From: Perna viridis
Taxonomy: Eukaryota
Direction of reading: 5' to 3'
NCBI GenBank assembly: GCA_037379345.1
Contig: CM074520.1
Span: forward strand, 33,080,664 to 33,144,663
Length of the DNA: 64,000 bases
The notes under the pieces were generated by a model. The model saw nothing but the letters and a program-made list of their open reading frames with translations, searched no databases and was not told where the DNA came from. Shown one piece after another: positions 1 to 10,616 of this stretch (the stretch's first letter is position 1; each line of letters starts with the position of its first letter). The position numbers and the translations under genes were made by a program.

Positions 1-100
1 GATATTTTAAATTAAACAAAGTATTTCACCTTTATCTGTGCATAGTCAAGTGATTGTTTTCTCGTGCAGATTAATGCATTCACTTGCATTTGTTACATAC

Positions 101-2083
101 ATTGTCTTCCATTGAAATGACGGTTATCATAGATCCGGAAGGAGATGGTGGTGACCTAAGCGATCCTCTGACTTCTGGATTATACTGTGGTCTTATTTCA
201 TTGGTCAGCGTTATAATGGAAATATCACTTTCGCAGGGGCTCACCAGACTTTCTTCTTCACTTCCGGTTTTAGAGTCCTTCTGTTTAAGTGAAAAACCCT
301 CCTTAAATATAAATAAAATACTCTCGTAAACAAACTTTTGTTTAAAATTGTTTCGGTTTAGACACATGTTTAAAAAGCTGGAAAATTTTTCAAATCGATT
401 GAGATGGATTTAAAAAAGTATCTGGTGCAGACAGGGTAACGAATATTACCCTTCTTCTGATAATTATCAGTTGAAATCAACTAATCGGCGCTCTGTAATT
501 TGTTCATGTGAAGACGGTGTATTTCCGATACACGGTCACCATTTTAGCAATACCTGGTCAGTTATCGTTTTCTTGTTTACTACAACCAAAATGGCGACCA
601 AACGTTTTGCGTCGCTTACGACAGACGATATACAAAACAAAAGTACCATAGAGGCAACACAAGGGTAAAAATTGAAACACACATCAGGAACATTAAAGAA
701 AATTATTGCTATATCGGGTATAAACTATTTTTTTTCTTTAAAAAAAAAACCCCAAAACAAAATCATCGATGCCGGGTGTAAGTTCGTTACAAAGTGATTG
801 AGTGACCTTGTACGGAATTCACCCTGGTCAGTAGATTCCATATCTGGCTCAGCTGTCCCTCGTCGGGTATAAAATATACTGACCAAGGTAAATTCCGTAC
901 ACGGCCACGACAGGGTAACTAATAATTCACGGTTCGGTTTGGGCAGGTTTCCTTGTGTTATAGATGTTACACTTTTATCGTTTTCAAAACAATTGAAAAA
1001 TCTTGTTGATACCGTTTGTCCCCCTGTAACTCGACTACGCCAAGCTATGTCCAATGCATGACTGTTGCTCTTCTCGCTTTCTTCCATGGCTCTAAGTTCT
1101 TCCTGAAAAAGCTTCTCTGTCTCTTCTGCTTCTGTAACCAGTGCCTGGTGTATTAAAATTAGATTTCAAATATCATCATGTGTGTAAATGATAAATATAG
1201 TCTATGATTTTACAATATTGATCTTTTTATATGTAACTGACTTGTTAAAGTTTGGGAAAGAGAACCTAAACCAGTTATATACTATTCATTCAAACGAGTG
1301 CCGAAGGTTGTTTAACAAGTGTGTATAGTTTTTTCTATTTCCTAAAATTGGACCAAAAATAGATAATAATTATTATTGTTTAAGTCATCACGTCTGAAGG
1401 TTATTTTACATAATTTTGGCTTTCATATTTGTATTTTTTTTCTTAGTGTAACTATATCAGTGTTTTATTCCCTTGGTATTTCTTACTGTATTACATGTAC
1501 ATACCAATTCTTTTGATTGGACTAAAATTCTTCTTATCTCCGGCGAAGCTGATTTTCGTCCTGTGAATCTATCAGATACCGGTTTCTGATTTAAGAAATC
1601 TTGCGAAGATACCATTTTTTGGTCCATGAGCGGTCCGGGTGACTTTGGGCTCTGGTTTTTGAATGCAACAGTGGCTGTGGTCTGACTTCGATCAATAATC
1701 TGAAATGTAAATAATTCTTGATTTGCTGTTTGCTGAAATCAAAGCACCTAATACCACTACCAATATGTAAACCTAGGAATGTTATGATGGTTACCCTTTC
1801 CCCTCATTTATATTGTTAATTTTATGGAAAAAATTAGCAATAACAAGCCTGAATCCCACTTTTTTCTGTACCCCCTCTCCAAAAGTTTTAGATCTGTATT
1901 TGTGATATTCATGTGGAACAATCGTGCGAAAAAAATACGTACCAACCCCTACTGCACATGCATTTAAATACAAGCTTAACTTACCGAATTTCTTTCCACT
2001 TTTGGTTCTTCCTTGACATAGCCATATTCCCAAAAATCTTCATCACTTTTGCTTGAATATACGCTCCATTTAGAAGCAGACAT
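101..2083 (-). CDS. Orphan family paralog A (uncharacterised protein), 3' end outside window; exons 2083-1985, 1699-1505, 1144-1013, 301-101
   Basis: The exons join in frame at phase-0 GT-AG junctions (99, 195, 132, 201 nt) with no stops: MSASKWSVYSSKSDEDFWEYGYVKEEPKVERNS|IIDRSQ...QSKEL|ALVTEAEETEKLFQEELRAM...GGQT|EGFSLKQ...SMITVISMEDN|gtatgt. Exon sizes are identical to paralog B. Confidence 0.8.
431..925 (+). mobile_element. Crypton-like (tyrosine recombinase transposon) non-autonomous relic in intron 3 of paralog A
   Basis: A 25-bp inverted repeat (809-833 vs 877-901, 2 mismatches) surrounds a CTCAGCTGTCCCTCGT loop. A short ORF start MATKRFASLTTDDIQNKST at 590 resembles Crypton N-termini. 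The segment is bounded by direct repeats ACAGGGTAAC(G/T)AATA. The family call is from recall. Confidence 0.45.
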
Positions 2084-2122
2084 CTTTGCTGTTAGAACGG
2101 CAACGTTTCAGTCTTTCAGGGT

Positions 2123-2169
2123 GACGTTACCACGGAAGTCGATTGAAACGTCACATATTCCATTGTGAC
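2123..2169 (-). promoter_or_regulatory. Conserved 47-bp promoter block of paralog A (TGACGT CRE-like plus GGTAAC RFX half-site)
   Basis: Same block as 12722-12768 and homologous to 22603-22649. It lies 39 nt upstream of the ATG. Confidence 0.6.
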
Positions 2170-3257
2170 TATGAGCTCTCAAGCAATCGGTGCATCCGCG
2201 GTCAAATCAGCAATGTTCGGAATCCCGATGTTGGCCGAGAAGTTCATTTTACCATTCACATTGTTCAGACGTTTGAAAATTATGTCCTCCTTTGCTGATG
2301 TCGCCGGTATTTTTGTCATTACCTTGTGGCTAAATAATATTTCGAATTCAGGATGCCATATTTTACTCTGCAAAAATACAATTAACCAAAACGTTAATAA
2401 ATAAACTACATAATTTAAAAGTATATATAATTACTATGAAAACCGATATTCCGAAATTATGAAATATTGAAATAAATTCAATTTAGGCAGAAACTAACCT
2501 GCAAAAATACAATTGAGGTGGTGTCAGCCACTACTCAAGTCAACGCCTTATAATGGAATAAATGTGAAGACGGGTTTAGATAGGGTTAGACCAAGTTAGT
2601 TCATGCAAGATGTGCTCGATTCGTCATCAGTCATTCATCAATGAATATGCAAATGATGTATGATGAATGAATGAACGATAAATATGGAAGAAAAATACAA
2701 ATAATAAATACGATAAACGTATACAAACACAAACAAGACATTTATTTTATATTTTCCGTGACGCCGACAAAAAAAAAACAAACATAATGGGGTAGGAGCG
2801 CCAGTGACATCTTGTATATATTTAAATCGTTCTATCGGTACTTGTGACCGAATATCTTGCGCAGTAGTACATTTTCTATTTCTCGTGACATCAGAAGGCC
2901 GGAGATGACAAATAAAAAATAAAACTTTGCTTAGGCGATGGCATAGGAATTTCGAAATGTATTTCTCGGAAATTATGCCAATCTGTGGTCTGGTGATATT
3001 GCTTTTGAAATAATTATTCTAATGTATGTGTCTCTGGAACTAGGTGCCGAAAAACTAAGCGCTTTAACATGACACACAGGTGTCTATGCGTTAACTTGTA
3101 GCAGTTGGGATATAAAGTGTAGGAACTGAGAAATGTAGCTAGTTGAAAGGGGACATGTATATTAGGACATGTTTATTTCAATGATGAATGATCTGCATGA
3201 TGAAAACAGATTTGATCAACGTGTCATAGTTTTCCATCCTCTTATGTCTACCTTGGA

Positions 3258-3430
3258 CTTGACTTTTTATGAGCAACTCGGTGGTTGTCTCTAGAAAAGC
3301 TGGTCCATGCTCCCTGTTTTTAGTGGAGTCCTAGTTGCTCATTACTTTTGTTACTTTCTATGTATCATTTTGGTGTGTCTGTTTTCCATTTTCATTTCCG
3401 CTAGAATCTTGGTTCCCTTGATTACTCTTT
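3258..3430 (+). mobile_element. Internally deleted copy of a short interspersed non-autonomous repeat
   Basis: TTGACTTTTTATGAGCAACTC...CCATGCTCCC...TTTTTAGTGGAGTCC...CTTGGTTCCCTTGATTACTCT is shared with 8733-8973 (plus) and 59735-59957 (minus). Confidence 0.75.
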
Positions 3431-4262
3431 GACAGACAGATTCGACCTGGAGGTCGATAAAATGAATTGAAAATTGAAAATTTACTAACTGGTGGGAAAG
3501 GCCAACTAGTAGTTAGAGGTGTAATATCCCTGTTTCGGGAACCATTCGCCTGCACATATGAGAAAGTAGTTTGAAATTACAAGAAGTAGTCCTAAGATTG
3601 CATCTCATTTTTCTCAGTTAAGTAGAGATATAAAAACTTAGTATCATCTGAAAGCTGAATGATTCAGCAGTAGTCTTAAAACTTCAGTTTCTTTTCTAAG
3701 TTGTAGGGTAAAATAATTCTGGACAAAAACTTTATGCCCTTGATATGACTAAATTTCAAAACGAAAGTATTGATTTCTGCATCTGGCACATTAACTTTAC
3801 GGTTCTTTCTTAGAGGCACTTAACTTAGAGGTATGTTGATATTTTTATAAGAGTTAAAATAAAGGGTGCCCATCATAATGAAACCCTCCAGCACCATCTG
3901 TACTTATGTAAAATTTGATATGAGCCTTATAAATAGCTGAATTTAACATATAAAGTAATGGGGATCTGACATGAAATGGTAGTATTACGCCTTGTAGTTC
4001 AATTACAATATGCAATATGTCAAAGAGTTTGTGTTCATTTCTCAAGGTGTTTCATGTAAACCGACATCAAACCTGAATATAACGCAAACTGGAGCACTGC
4101 AATGATGCATTGTGAATTCTGGTGTGTGCGTTTTTTGTTTTTGTTTTTTTAAATGTCCTTCGTAATCAGAATGATTAATTTAAAAATAAATCAAAGAATT
4201 CTATATGATAGTAACCATTCACAACAATAAGTTTGTCAGTGTTAAGATACAGTTGCGATCAC

Positions 4263-6449
4263 TTCTAACCTCTCTTAAATTCTGTCAGAATCTGTCAGGA
4301 TTTCTGTTCTACGACAGCAGACAGAACAGAAATCCTGACAGATCCTGACAGAGGCTGTCCTGGGTCAGGACACATTTTGCCCTATTCCCTGACAGATCCT
4401 GACAGAAACTGTCCTGGGTCGTGACAAAAGAAAATACGAAAAGCTGTTCTAAACTGTCATACCCCTGGACAGTTCCTGACATAAAATCTTTCTATTCCCT
4501 GTGACGTAATTTAGAACAGGAAGTCCGCGATTAATAAATGAAACTGTGTGACTTATGTGACTTAGCTTACCCGATTAAGAAACAAATCTTGATTTCAAAA
4601 TTTACATTGAATTTCCAGTTATATATAGAGAGCTCGTCGTGATCATCATCCCACAATCACTCGATCGTTGTTCATGTTCCAATTTTCGTCGATCACGGTC
4701 CAGTCACTCATCGTTCAAAAATTATCTTTGTTTACATGCATCATTTTTTTTACATTCTGTCATACACCTGTGATATTAATTAAGTCAAATTATTTAATTG
4801 TAAAATTAAAGGTCTATGTTTCAGTTCTAAGTGTAAAAGTCATAACAGATAACTTTCAGATGTTTGGTAATTCTCGCGAAGTTCAAGACTGACAAAGTAC
4901 TTTTTGAGTGAAAGCTACTTTTAATAACATAAGGGTCACAAATCATTCTAAAAATGTTAAAATTGACAATTTTGCATTAAATGGGTGACTGATACCTAAA
5001 TATTTCGGTCAAAATTCTCCTAAATGCCACTTTTTTAGCAACGAATATGAGTGATAACACTTCCAATTTCCCTACACAGTCTTATGTATAGAAAATGTAG
5101 AAACTAAAAATGTTAGTTTCAGACTGTGACACCATTATTTCAGTAAAAATTCTGCAAAATGTATGAGTGCAGGCAGTTTTATTTTTTATGAGGGTCTAAA
5201 ACTATTGACTAAAATGCTTATTTTTTTCAATACAACTATCATGTGGGTGACTGTGACTCATATATTTCTGTCAAAATTCTACAAAAATGTCATATTCCAG
5301 CATATGTACGTGCGGGAGCACTGTTAATTTCCATGAGTGTCTAAAATTAATGACTAAAATGCTAAATTTTTCAATATAAATATTATGTGGAGACTGTGAC
5401 ACATTAGTTTCAGTCAAAATTCTTCAAAAATGTCATATTCTTGCAAAATGTATGAGTGTGCACACTTTTAATTTGCTTGAGGGTCTAAAATTATTGACTA
5501 AAATGCTAATTATTTCAATATAACCATCAAATAGTGAATCTGACACATTAATTTGAGTCAAAATTCTTTAAAAATGTCATTTTCTTGCAAAACGTATGAG
5601 TGTGCACACTTTTAATTTGCTTGAGGGTCTAAAAATAATGACTGAAATGCTGAATTTATCAATATAATTATCATGTTTTTGGCTGTGACACATTTGTTTG
5701 AGTCAAAATATTTTTAAAAATCTAATTTTTGCAAAATTTATGAATGCGAGCACTTTTGATTTCTATGAGAGCATAAAATTATTGACTTAAATGCTATTTT
5801 TTTTGTAATATAACTACCATGTGGGTGACTGCGACTAATACATTTCGGTCAAAATTCTTCAAAATATCCCAATCTTTCAAATTGTATGAGTGTGAACACT
5901 TTAAAGTTCCATAAAGGTATAAAATTCTGTATAAACTGTTTGAAAATGTTAATATAAATAGGAAATCTGTATCATACCGGTGTCTAGATCTGCAACCAAA
6001 AAGAATTCAGTCCAAAAAGTCAGGGGCATAGCGAGTATGACAGGCAATAATTTTTGTTGGCACTGCATGCCATACGTAAAAGTCGGGTAAAAATTGAAAA
6101 AAAATCAAGTTTAAACATAGCAAGGCTTCCTTCCCGTCGTACGAATCGGGATTCGGGTGCTACACTTTTTTTTTCGTAATCACATACATGTACTGTATGT
6201 AATTCAGACAGAGAAGTATTCTCGAGCTAATGACTGTCAGAATCTATCAGGAAATCTTCTAATCCACGTATCTGTTCTACTTAGAACAGTTCCTGACAGG
6301 AGGGTGTCAGGACCCATGACAAATTATGACAGAGCTTGTCCGAAGTCCCGGCAGACCCTGACAAGGTGTTTCGCGGGTCAGAACAGTTTCTGACAATTTA
6401 GATCTGTTCTTTGACAGCGAATCCTGACAGGATCGAAGAGAGGTTTGAA
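4263..6449. mobile_element. About 2.2-kb non-autonomous TIR DNA transposon with an internal satellite
   Basis: The left end TTCTAACCTCTCTTAAATTCTGTCAGAATC is the imperfect inverse of the right end (reverse complement TTCAAACCTCTCTTCGATCCTGTCAGGATT). Many subterminal CTGACAG/CTGTCAG motifs occur at both ends. The element is absent from duplicate copy B. Confidence 0.75.
4900..5930. repeat. Tandem array, 144-bp period, about 7 diverged units
   Basis: GAGGGTCTAAAA-like anchors recur at about 5191, 5335, 5479, 5623 and 5767. Confidence 0.85.
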
Positions 6450-8374
6450 TTCGTTCCCCGAAATTTTCTTTTATATCCCATTTTTGAAATTTGACGATTG
6501 TCTGAGGTGTAAAAATTCAAATGATCGATATAAATTGATGCAGTACATGAGTACTTTGATAAATTCCAATAACACGAAAGATACAGATATCGAACGAAAA
6601 CATCTCAACACGACAACATAACAGGCTATGACATACTGTTTGGCTATCATTTCACGTTTTGATTCCAACCGTATATTGAAAAGGAAACCAAGCATTAAAC
6701 GATTAGCATACGTTTGAACTCGGCACTTTAGAGTTAAAATTTAATGAATCAAGTTTTTGCATAATTTATTTGAGCAAAATTTTAAGGTCAGACTTAAACC
6801 AATCAGAGCGAATTTCATTATTTCATTTTTTTTTCATGTGTAGCTTAGAAATTGCCTCAGGACTGTCTTCAGTACTGATCTCATGTAGATTCCAGAGCTC
6901 TATTCAGATCTCTCCAAGATGTCACGTTTGTTTTAACTTACCAAATTGGGTGTCTACCACGCTGAACCGAGAGCCGCAATTTTTTCATAAGATATCCAGT
7001 AGATATACAGTATTTGGAGAGAAACTGCATTGAATATGAATTTTCAAAATTCCAAATGACTCTTTTAAAGGTCATCTAAATATGTCAAAAAGATTTGTTT
7101 TATGATTTGCAATGCCATCGGAGGCGCAGCTTTTATTGTTCATGTACAACAAAATGTACTCGGCAAAATTCCCACGAGCTAAGGGTGACTCCCGTCACAA
7201 CTTTCATGATACATGTATATTACTAGCTACATGTAAATGTGCATTTGTATACTTGTATACTTTAAGCAAAGTGCAACAGTATAGCGCAAAGGAGGACCAG
7301 CTCGTACAACTTAAAGAGCGCGGTGTTTAAATCTTACAGTGGAAGTAAACCACCGATACATGTACAATCAGCTCAGCTAATAAAGCGCAGTGTTTGAATC
7401 TTACCACCGCTACTTTGGTAAAGAAATACAATTAATGCACAGTTGTGCATGACAAGCTATTTTAATTGTTTTTATAATATTATTGCTTTGATAAAAGACA
7501 GATCGACAACATTCATAGTTTTCATTTATTCCCATACATTAACAGGCAACTAAAAACGCTTCCTCCTTATAATTTTTACCCTCTCTCTCGTTGTATTTCT
7601 CCAAAAGCTTGTCCATTTGTAAATGAATTGCTCTTAAACTGGAAAATGCTGCTAGCAACAGCTTCTCTTCATGTACATGTATGTATGTGTGATGTTTTCT
7701 GTTAGGGAACGCCACGAACAACCACGAACATGCATGTGTCTAAAAAACTTTCCTTTTGGCACTCGAGAAAACAAACGCCAGGTGCCGACCTTGACAAGTT
7801 GAAAAATAGAAATTGAGCTGGATGGATTCCAAGCTGTGATAGACGTTTAGAATATGTGCATTTTTAATATCAACTTTTGACATTAATATTGTTACTTCTT
7901 AATTATCGACGAATCGTAGGTTTTACTAATATTTCACTTTTTTCTATTTACTAATAACATGCCTTTGTGAAAGACATTCAAATATATCCCATGACAGCCA
8001 AGCTTCTTAAAAAAGGAAAATATTTCTACCACGGTCGTGCTATTCATGTTTAATAAGGACACGCGTACTTTGTGAAAAACACTCTTCGGTTCATGTACTC
8101 CCAAACACTTTTCTATTCGTTAATAATTTGTTGTTCGGCGGTATTGTTGAATATTATGGAAACCAATAAAAACTCCAAAAAAATAATCTAAGGTTCTATA
8201 CATTATATGCCACTCATCCTGCACTTAAGTACATATATATGTATACACGTGTAACATGTACATGTACTAATGTATAAGCTTGTGTTTTGCAAATGAATCG
8301 TGTTGTAAAGCATAACCAACACACAGTCCGGTCATAATTTTCTAACTTTCTGTGCCTATGCATGTTGGCATATA

Positions 8375-8730
8375 ACTAGAGGCTCAAGAGAGCCTGAATC
8401 GCTCACTTGGCTAACCATTTGCTTATTTGAAAAACTTGAGGAATGAGACAGGCTAAGTTAAAATCAACTAAAATTATTCATAGCATTTTCATGACCTGAA
8501 GCAATACACTAAAGAACTAATATGCTTATTTTCATTCAATGATCTTAAATGGTTTTAGAGAAGAAGATTTTCAAAGTTATACATGTGAAAAAAAAAGAAC
8601 AAAACTGTTTTAGGGGTCGTAACTCCTACATTAGTCAATGAATGGTTTTGAAAATTTCGGCATAGGTCCTTCTCATGATGCTTAATAATTTTATCCTATG
8701 CCAGAAATTTGCTAAAGGCAACGGTTTTTG
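8375..8730 (+). mobile_element. Probable fragment of a non-autonomous DNA transposon (Kolobok-like end)
   Basis: Starts AACTAGAGGCTCAAGAGAGCCTGAATCGCTCAC and includes GTTTTAGAGAAGAAGATTTT, motifs I recall from common bivalve repeats. Not verified. Confidence 0.35.
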
Positions 8731-8732
8731 AG

Positions 8733-8973
8733 TTTGACTTTTTATGAGCAACTCTGCGGGTGTTTCTAGAAACGCAGAGGACGCTTACCCTACCGGTGCA
8801 CCTGATCCATGCTCCCAGTTTTTAGTGTAGTCTCCGAGTTGTTCATTTACTTTTGTTGCTCTGTATGTATTTTTAGTTACTTTATGTTCTTTGTTGTGTT
8901 TGTCTGTGTTTCCATGTCTGGTATTTGTCCCTGGATTGCATTCTTTTGATTTCCGCTGGAGTCTTGGTTCTCT
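8733..8973 (+). mobile_element. Short interspersed non-autonomous repeat (fullest copy in window)
   Basis: GAGGACGCTTACCCTACCGGTGCACCTGATCCATGCTCCCAGTTTTTAG core, with homologues at 3258-3430 and 59735-59957. Confidence 0.8.
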
Positions 8974-9427
8974 TACAATACCACTCATCCCAAATACAAG
9001 TTGACACCAACCCCAAAATAAACAAAAATCAACGACAACTACTGGACTACAGGTTCCTGGCTTAGTATAGTCACATAAAGTACGTAGCGGGGTTAAATAT
9101 GCTTGTTAGCACTCAACCCTCCCCTAACCTGCGACTGTGTTTGGAAAATACAATAAAACGAAATATAAAACTCTGTTGAATTCGGATTTAACTCTTGAGA
9201 TCGATACTTTAACAAATAGGAAAAAAGACAACAAACTTTCGAGCTTTTTATTACATAACCGTAAAAACTAGAACGTGAAGTCCCATTTCTATTTAAGTTT
9301 ACGACAACTACAGCCAAAGTTTATATTTATGGAAGAATTTGGTAAAAGTTCTTCACTAATTTATGGTAACGAAAACCTTGGATCAAAAATTTACCAGTAA
9401 TACAGAGATTTGAATTCGTTCATCGCT

Positions 9428-9610
9428 TCAAACACGGGCATTCCGAACAAGTTGAAAATTATATACACCGTATGAAGGAGCATAGAAACGCCCCGTCAAG
9501 GAATGGAAAATTAACAATTGGAGACAAAAATTGTTCCTCTTGTCGAAAATTTTAGTTTTGAGTTTACCTTGTGAAATAGAAACATCCAAATCCACACTAG
9601 AAAAGAACAA
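9428..9610 (-). mobile_element. Degraded Penelope-like retroelement RT C-terminal fragment
   Basis: DLDVSISQGKLKTKIFDKRNNF...APSYGVYNFQLVRNARV matches the Penelope RT/thumb pattern FLDL..IYDKRDDF..PSYGVYISQLVRYAR. Confidence 0.75.
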
Positions 9611-9954
9611 TTAAAACTGTCTTTAATAACTTCATAGTTTAATATAGTGAGCACATTGGTTAAAAGGACGGAAATTTTAGTTGTAGTACACTTACTACAT
9701 TACTTATCTTGACTGTGTCTAGTTTCCAATGTCATGTGGTAGGCACATACACGAATATTAGATCTGGGATGCATAAACAGAGTGTGTAGTTTTGGATCAC
9801 ATACATGTATACGTACCTACCACTTACTTCCAGAAGTAGCGGTTGAAGAGCTTAACCTGTTGTTTCACTATGGAAATGTTCATAGCTTACTAATATAGGC
9901 TACTAAACGAAATTATATTAAAGTAGATATTTTGTGCATCGACTTACCAATTGA

Positions 9955-10213
9955 ACAGACCCTGCTTTGTACTAGCTCGACACGCTGAATCTTTATTATG
10001 CTAGCTCCCAGAAGCGAAAGCCTGCAGATACATACTACATGTATCTCATTCAACACATCATTCTGACTCTGAGTAAACTAGTCATCACTCTAAATACCAT
10101 GTGCTTGTTGGGGAATCAGTGATTACCAATTTTTAAATCTTTGGTGTGAAACAGCTGAGGAAAAACCCCGCGACCTCAAGACGTGCAATGCTACCACTAA
10201 ACCATCGAGGCAG
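9955..10213 (-). mobile_element. tRNA-derived SINE with Nin-type central domain
   Basis: The minus strand reads GCCTCGATGGTTTAGTGGTAGC (A-box-like head), then ACCAAAGATTTAAAAATTGGTAATCACTGATTCCCCAACAAGCAC...GAGTCAGAATGATGTG...GAGCTAGCA...CAGCGTGTCGAGCTAGTACAAAGCAG, the typical mollusc Nin-SINE layout. Confidence 0.7.
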
Positions 10214-10616
10214 TTCCGAATCATACTAAAGTATTGGAACTACGAAAACAAATACCACTAGAAGTAATATGCTTTATTTAATCTAAAGGTACAAATCACA
10301 AATAGATACAAAATATAGTAACGTTTCTCATGACTAATAACACAAAATTGCAATGACGAAGTAAACAAAATGATACTCTGAATGAAAATAATATTTAATA
10401 GTAAAACAGTACATTAATATGACTGTTTCCAAACGAAGTTTCCCGCAGCATTTGTCATGCGTAGAAACCCAGCTTTTTTAATATTCCCTGACCTATAACT
10501 CCGATCCGACGACGGACGAGGCCATGCAGGATAAGGGCGCCAATTCTTTTCTTGAACATCGCCTTAGTATTCTGTTGATAAGCGGCGTAAGAGGAAACTA
10601 CTCAAGATTAATATGG

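Larger units (their letters stand above)
1..7900. repeat. Copy A of a local segmental duplication (copy B about 11080-14340)
   Basis: About 20-2870 aligns to about 11097-13020, and about 6560-7900 aligns to about 13190-14340, in the same orientation. Copy A carries extra segments (about 445-925, 2290-2760, 2880-6550, 7100-7550). Confidence 0.9.

Noticed and set aside
84-329. Plus-strand ORFs at 84-329, 11161-11406, 11425-11754 and 12322-12615
   Set aside because: These are antisense shadows of the orphan gene exons or introns. The spliced, motif-conserving frame is on the minus strand.
1240-1341. Possible extra exon in intron 2 of paralogs A/B (acceptor-like ttttag)
   Set aside because: All three frames hit stops in copy A, and the phase-0 frame also stops in copy B. 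Direct splicing of exon 2 to the EKLFQEE exon preserves homology with C.
2179-2373. ORFs 2179-2373 and 12707-13027 upstream of paralogs A/B
   Set aside because: The frames differ between the duplicates because of indels, so this is promoter-side non-coding sequence.
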